24,806 bases of DNA from Halocafeteria seosinensis (Eukaryota), in the NCBI GenBank assembly GCA_001687465.1, contig LVLI01000256.1:62001-86806 (forward strand). Reading direction: 5' to 3'. Under the pieces are notes generated by a model. It worked only from the letters and a program-made list of their open reading frames with translations. It was not told the origin of the DNA and made no database searches. This document shows, piece after piece, positions 20,008 to 24,806 of this stretch. Position numbers and translations under genes: made by a program. Within the stretch, counting starts at the first letter, position 1. Each line of letters begins with the position of its first letter.

Positions 20008-23000
20008 TTAATTAAATGTGTGCTTTAGAGCCGTACGAGCTTGATCGTCCAAAACGGACGGGAAGTGAACAGACAAGAGAAGTTTCAGCGGACCGAAAAG
20101 CTCGTCTAACTCCGTTGGCAAGATAAGCGTTGCGTTGGACGGTGGTTTGAGAACTTCAGGTTTTGCTAGACGAAGCAGCTTGGGCCATGACTCGATGCAC
20201 GGACCTCGACTATCACGTCTGTCGCTGAATGGAGAGGAATTGGTGCCGTGGGTCTTGTTAGCTGACAAGGGTACGCTTTCGAGGGCCTGCTCGAGGACTG
20301 TCGTAGCCTTATCTAAGAGACTAATGTGAGTGATATACTGGGATAATAGATTAGCAATATGCTTGGACCACTCCAGTCTCCATTCCCAGAGTCGAATGTG
20401 GAAGAACTCCGGCGGGATGAGGGATAAGTTGTAATCCTTTGGGTACGTAATCCAGTACTGAACTATAGTGTGTTTCCGGGGCTTTTTCGGGTCCTTGCGC
20501 TCCTGTCTTTGTTCACTCTGATCTCTCTTTTGTAGACTTGCATGGGACTCCAACAATTGGACCATTTGGGTTTCAATAGCTGCAAACATATCCTCAGGGA
20601 CGAATTTTTTCATCCAGTGCAACGTTTCATTAAAATTTAACATGTACTCAGATAAGTATCGCCCAAACAAATAAAGTGACGAATAAATCTTTTGTCTTTC
20701 AAACGGCTTTTTCAATTTTCTCACGACGGGGCACCACTGTTCCTCCGTGTCCCACCAGAACGCCTCCATGTTTTCCCGCAGGCAAATGTGCTCGTTCCCT
20801 GTAGCATTGCAGAATTGCCGCAGGCCTGTCTCATTCAAAAACTCTCCAGGAGACGGATGTGTTCGCTGACCATAGGAATAGAGAGACGAATTAAAGCCAT
20901 AAATTTCCATCGCTGTGGGACCTGCCCATTCTGTCAGCAAGGGCACCATACCCTTCGAAACAGAAAATTTACATAGGGAATGCTCATGAGAAGCATTGCG
21001 CTGAGCCACAAAATAAGGGTATTTTGTTTTGAATAACTCCTTTAACGTAAGGTAGCGGCTTCCGAACTCCGAAAAGTTTTTGTGCATGTCGACGAATAGC
21101 TCGTCGATAAGCCGTACGTTGGCCTCGAAGAGAGAAATCGCTTCCCGCGAAATCTCCGGAGTAGGGAACGTAGAAATTGGAGGGTTCGGGAAGAGCGGTA
21201 GACCAGCGCCGGGAAGGGATAGTGTCTGCCCTGGTGTAGCTACCCCTTGATGAGACATCAAGAGAGTCCGATTGTCAGGCAACGGGATCCATTTCCGGAA
21301 CTTCGTTACAGCTTCTGCAAGGGGCACGCTAGCTACGGTTCGTACATCCCAAATCACTTTGTTCAGCTACGTACCTCCTAGAGAAATGTTGAGATTAGTG
21401 GCAATGCTACTTGTTTGCACACCGAACTCATTTTGTAGCCTAGAAAAGTTGTACCAAAGCCTGTATCTTCCACAGTCATCCAAGTAGAGGTCACTTTCAG
21501 CGCCAATAGTTATCCCTCCGTCTTTCCCGCGCTTGACATTGTTCCCAAACAGACTCTTCATGGCATCTAAGTTGCTATCATCTTCATCACCCATCTCCTC
21601 ACGTTCTCGTTCAAGCTTCTCGCGTTCCTGTATAGGATCCTTCGGCATATCTTCTGGCAGATCGCCGGCTAGTTCCCAATTGTGCGCGACATGATGCACT
21701 TCTATATTGGCTTCCCTCTTTCGCGCTCCCACAGACCCTTTATCATGTAAAGTCTGCATCAACAATTTGATAGCGCTACATTAAATAACCCGTAAGTCAG
21801 CATGCTCTAGACGCACCTTCGAATAACCATGATAGACTCCGGGAGGTACTGGAAGTGCAATCGATGTTGGTTGGGCCACAACTCGGTTTCCTGAGCACAT
21901 TTTACACTCGTGCCCACGTGCTGGGACCACTCCGTGGCCTCCACAAGTAGGGCAGATTCTTGTTTTGGTTTGCGTGGTTTTCCATTGCACGCATCGTTTT
22001 GGAGGCTCTGTTACATTCTTAATGAGGAACCAGTCTCGAGCCCCAGACACTGTTTCTCTCATCGCAGTCATTCCGTAAACATCCACGGTCCTATTGGCGC
22101 TAATAATGTGCTCTGATGATGCTACTGAGTTAGTATTTATCCAACCAAAAACGCTAAATAGAGCGCTTTGTGCCCAGTCTTTGTCCTCAGTGTGTTTAAT
22201 TTCAGGTTCCCACTGTATGCATTCCCCTAAAGGCATTGCTTCTTGCACAACTCCGAAACCACCACACTTATCGCAAGTGTGCACATGCTCCTCGTCGTTG
22301 GCCCCACTTCCCTGGCAGTGAGGGCATCTGATAGTCTTTTCAAAGGAGGCGTGCTCTGTCCGATTCTTGGTGACCGTCGACAACGTTGACTGAATTGTAA
22401 TCTGCAATGGAGTCTGTTGCGGGCAAGACTCCCAATTCGGACCACCACATATATCTCCTTGCTTTACCGAAAGCGAGAAAGAACCCCACTTCTTTAGAAA
22501 CGAGTTGTCATCATCCGGATGACCATGACTCTCCACTAGAGTAGTGTGGTGAGAAGGTGGTGTATCTTCTTCAGCGCTCTTCTCCGTGGATTCTAATGGA
22601 TTACTGACAGAGCCCCTTCCCTCAAAGAGGAACTGTTCCATTATAAATGGGGGTTGCAAGGGTTCTTTGCTTCTGGAGCTCATATTGCAGCTATGAATTT
22701 TGTACTTAAACTCTGGAACATCCAAATCCAACGGTGCTCGCCACTCAGCCACTAGATATTTAGCCGGATTATGGTCATGCCTTGCTCTCCAAGCTAAACC
22801 TCGGTTGACTGTAATTTCCAAGTATCTCCCGGAAGGAAGGAACGCAACAGCTGATTCATCCCCATCCTCTGTCACTGTAAGTAGTGTCACTGGTGCCTGG
22901 CAACACATACGGGTCACAAGCTGCCTGATTACATAACTTAGTGTTAAGCCACAGATTCACCAACCTTCCTATGATTCTCTGTGATCATCCTGATAAGCTC

Positions 23001-23234
23001 TGATCCATCTTCCTGTTTAGGTACTTTGGTGGACGTCAAGTTTGGGTCTCTGAGGGGACATGGAGGAATTTCTGACGGCAAAGGCTGTAGCCAACCATTT
23101 TGCTCGTTCTCCTCGCTATCAGTCGCCCCCCAGGCCTCTAGAGTTACTGTATTACACGTAGTGGCTACATGGTACCCCAACAGAGTAATTAAGAGCCTGC
23201 CTGCTAACGAGATACAACCAAGTTGCTTCCTCAT
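20008..23234 (-). CDS. Large DnaJ-derived protein: signal-like N-terminus, four CxxCxGxG-type zinc-finger motifs and DnaJ C-terminal domains, no recognisable J-domain; exons 23234-22965, 22896-21817, 21753-21375, 21314-20008; ~1011 aa
   Basis: CPHCQGSG, CDKCGGFG, CPTCGGHG, CKMCSGNR. CTD motifs LPVPPGVYHGYSKTLHDKG and LNISLGEAVTKFRKWIPLPDNRTL...PGQTLSLPGAGLP are reconstituted across GT-AG introns (68, 63, 60 nt). The start and first acceptor are tentative; an alternative in-frame acceptor lies at 22921. Confidence 0.75.
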
Positions 23235-23750
23235 TTCTCTTCTTGAAGCTCTGTTGTCTGCCCATGAACGATACACTGACAGCGCACTCCATATATGCAG
23301 CTACTAGTTAGCTAGCAACCGATGCCATGGTTCTACTGGGGCAATAAAGCAAAACATGCTTAGGAGCCAGCGAAAAGCGCTCGACTCATCGAGTCATTAT
23401 CTCTCAGTGGTGCGTTTCACAGCGCCTGTGAAGTTCACATGTGCGAGCAACTGTGGATACCTGCTGCCGTTTACGGCTATCAAATATGGGCAGACAAAAG
23501 ATATTGAAAAATAATTTTACCCGTCTTCAATAAACGTTTATAATACTAGCAACCTCCTTAAGAAAAACACGATCTAAGAGCTTTGACCAAACAACGTGAC
23601 ACTATTCAACATGGGGACGCAAGGTTGAAGCTCTAACAACTTCGAAGAGGCTCGAACCTGTCTGTAACGATGGAATAATTGCATCGCGCGATGCCAAGCA
23701 CCCCAGTCTGCAGGTTATTATAACAGAAAACACCGTGCAAACGAAAAACA

Positions 23751-24806
23751 ATGCGAACGAATACACTGCTCGCAGTGCTAGTAGTCTTTGGCTTCCACAC
23801 GGCAACACAACGAGCCGACAGCAGTAGTTTGATTACCTCAACTCCAACAAACGCACCGACGACACCAACACGCTTCTCACCCTCTGTCGTGGCCTCGCTG
23901 GTACCGACTGTTGATCCACCTCGATCGAACCCCAGCGCTTCAGCCACTCCTTTCGGAACTCCGAATCCTGGCGCTATGCCTGTCTATTTAGGCGAAGCCA
24001 TGGATGCTAGATTGTTTGCTCGGGATGCCATCACTCTCGTACATCAACCGGCAGATATGCCACCATTTATCCAAGGGTTTGTTGGCATCAGTCCCGGGAC
24101 CTCGAAGAATCTGACAGGATTTGACTTGATTCTGGATGAACAGACGGGATGTTTCGCCACATCACCATTCGTTTCCACCTTTGTCAATGCGATGGATTAC
24201 ATTGGTGTCAACAACGATGAGTCTGCGGCAACCGAATGCTTTACCCCGACGTTTCTGACAAGCATCGCGACTGCTATTTCTAATGGATACACAGATGGTA
24301 TGTCTCGAAGTGTGACTTTCTGGGACGCAGATGTTCAAGGCCAGAATGGGGAGCCGACCCTTGCGCCTGGAGTTTACGGGTTCTCGGCAGACCATGTAAC
24401 TGTAGCCAGGAATGCAACACTTCGTCTTGGGGGTGCTTTTGGAGATATTTGGATCTTCCAAGTGACGGGATCCTTGGTCTTTGAGGGAGATGTCGAACTA
24501 TTGGGCGACATAACACCTGAACATGTCTTTTGGATTGTGGACGGAGACGTGAAAATCTCCACACATTCCCGTATCGTGGGGACCATCATTACCAACGATG
24601 GTGCCTCCGTGGATATGGGACCTCAAGCCGAAATCATCGGGCAGATTTTGTCCCAAGGAAACGTGGTACTGCGATCCAGTATCGTCCTGAATCCTCATGC
24701 TCCTCCTCCGCCTCCAGCCTCTGCCCCTCCATCACCACNCCCTCAGAGTTCTCNCTCTTCCAGGGCTCACACTGAAACGTCCCCGGATCCAAGGAGTCCC
24801 CTACCC
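23751..24806 (+). CDS. Secreted DUF3494 (ice-binding-like, IBP-1 fold) protein, 3' end truncated by the window
   Basis: Absent from the ORF track because there is no stop before the window end. Signal peptide MRTNTLLAVLVVFGFHTATQRADS and an S/T/P-rich linker are followed by PVYLGEA...IQGFVGISPG...LTGFDLILD..GCFATSPFV...NAMDY...YTDGMSR...TLAPGVYGF...DIWIFQVTGSL...PEHVFWIV...GTII...GQILSQGNVVL, then a Pro-rich tail. Confidence 0.88.
   Translation, partial: MRTNTLLAVLVVFGFHTATQRADSSSLITSTPTNAPTTPTRFSPSVVASLVPTVDPPRSNPSASATPFGTPNPGAMPVYLGEAMDARLFARDAITLVHQPADMPPFIQGFVGISPGTSKNLTGFDLILDEQTGCFATSPFVSTFVNAMDYIGVNNDESAATECFTPTFLTSIATAISNGYTDGMSRSVTFWDADVQGQNGEPTLAPGVYGFSADHVTVARNATLRLGGAFGDIWIFQVTGSLVFEGDVELLGDITPEHVFWIVDGDVKISTHSRIVGTIITNDGASVDMGPQAEIIGQILSQGNVVLRSSIVLNPHAPPPPPASAPPSPXPQSSXSSRAHTETSPDPRSPLP

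Noticed and set aside
22510..22530. HPD tripeptide in the DnaJ-like protein (SHGHPDDD)
   Set aside because: It sits in a low-complexity segment without the flanking amphipathic helices of a J-domain; probably coincidental.
1..24806. CRISPR arrays, tRNA/rRNA genes, intact transposases or prokaryotic operon/defence systems; the many short antisense ORFs in the track
   Set aside because: None seen. The sequence is intron-containing eukaryotic DNA, and the short ORFs are shadows of the spliced genes described above.

Overview
Gene-dense nuclear DNA of a eukaryote, probably a protist (inference). It uses the standard code (TAA, TAG and TGA all act as stops) and has short GT-AG introns, mostly 58-85 nt. 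Manual splicing gives, in order: the 3' end of a CTNNBL1-like gene; ribose-5-phosphate isomerase A; an unexplained, highly structured ~170-nt + strand element (candidate ncRNA); a tandem pair of G-protein beta genes (one canonical, one divergent, same intron positions); a broken zinc-finger pseudogene; a CCR4/Angel-family EEP hydrolase; an intronless membrane-anchored TBCK-type TBC protein without a kinase domain, whose stop codon overlaps that of a convergent hypothetical gene; UBA3; a CPVL-like serine carboxypeptidase; a NUDT15-like Nudix hydrolase; a large, probably secreted DnaJ-derived protein with no J-domain; and a secreted DUF3494 ice-binding-like protein that runs off the window end and is missing from the ORF track. 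The most novel-looking signals are the branched RNA-like structure at ~1993-2163, the divergent G-beta duplicate, the J-less DnaJ protein and the DUF3494 protein with a degenerate ice-binding face. All family calls come from motif recognition by eye; no searches were run.
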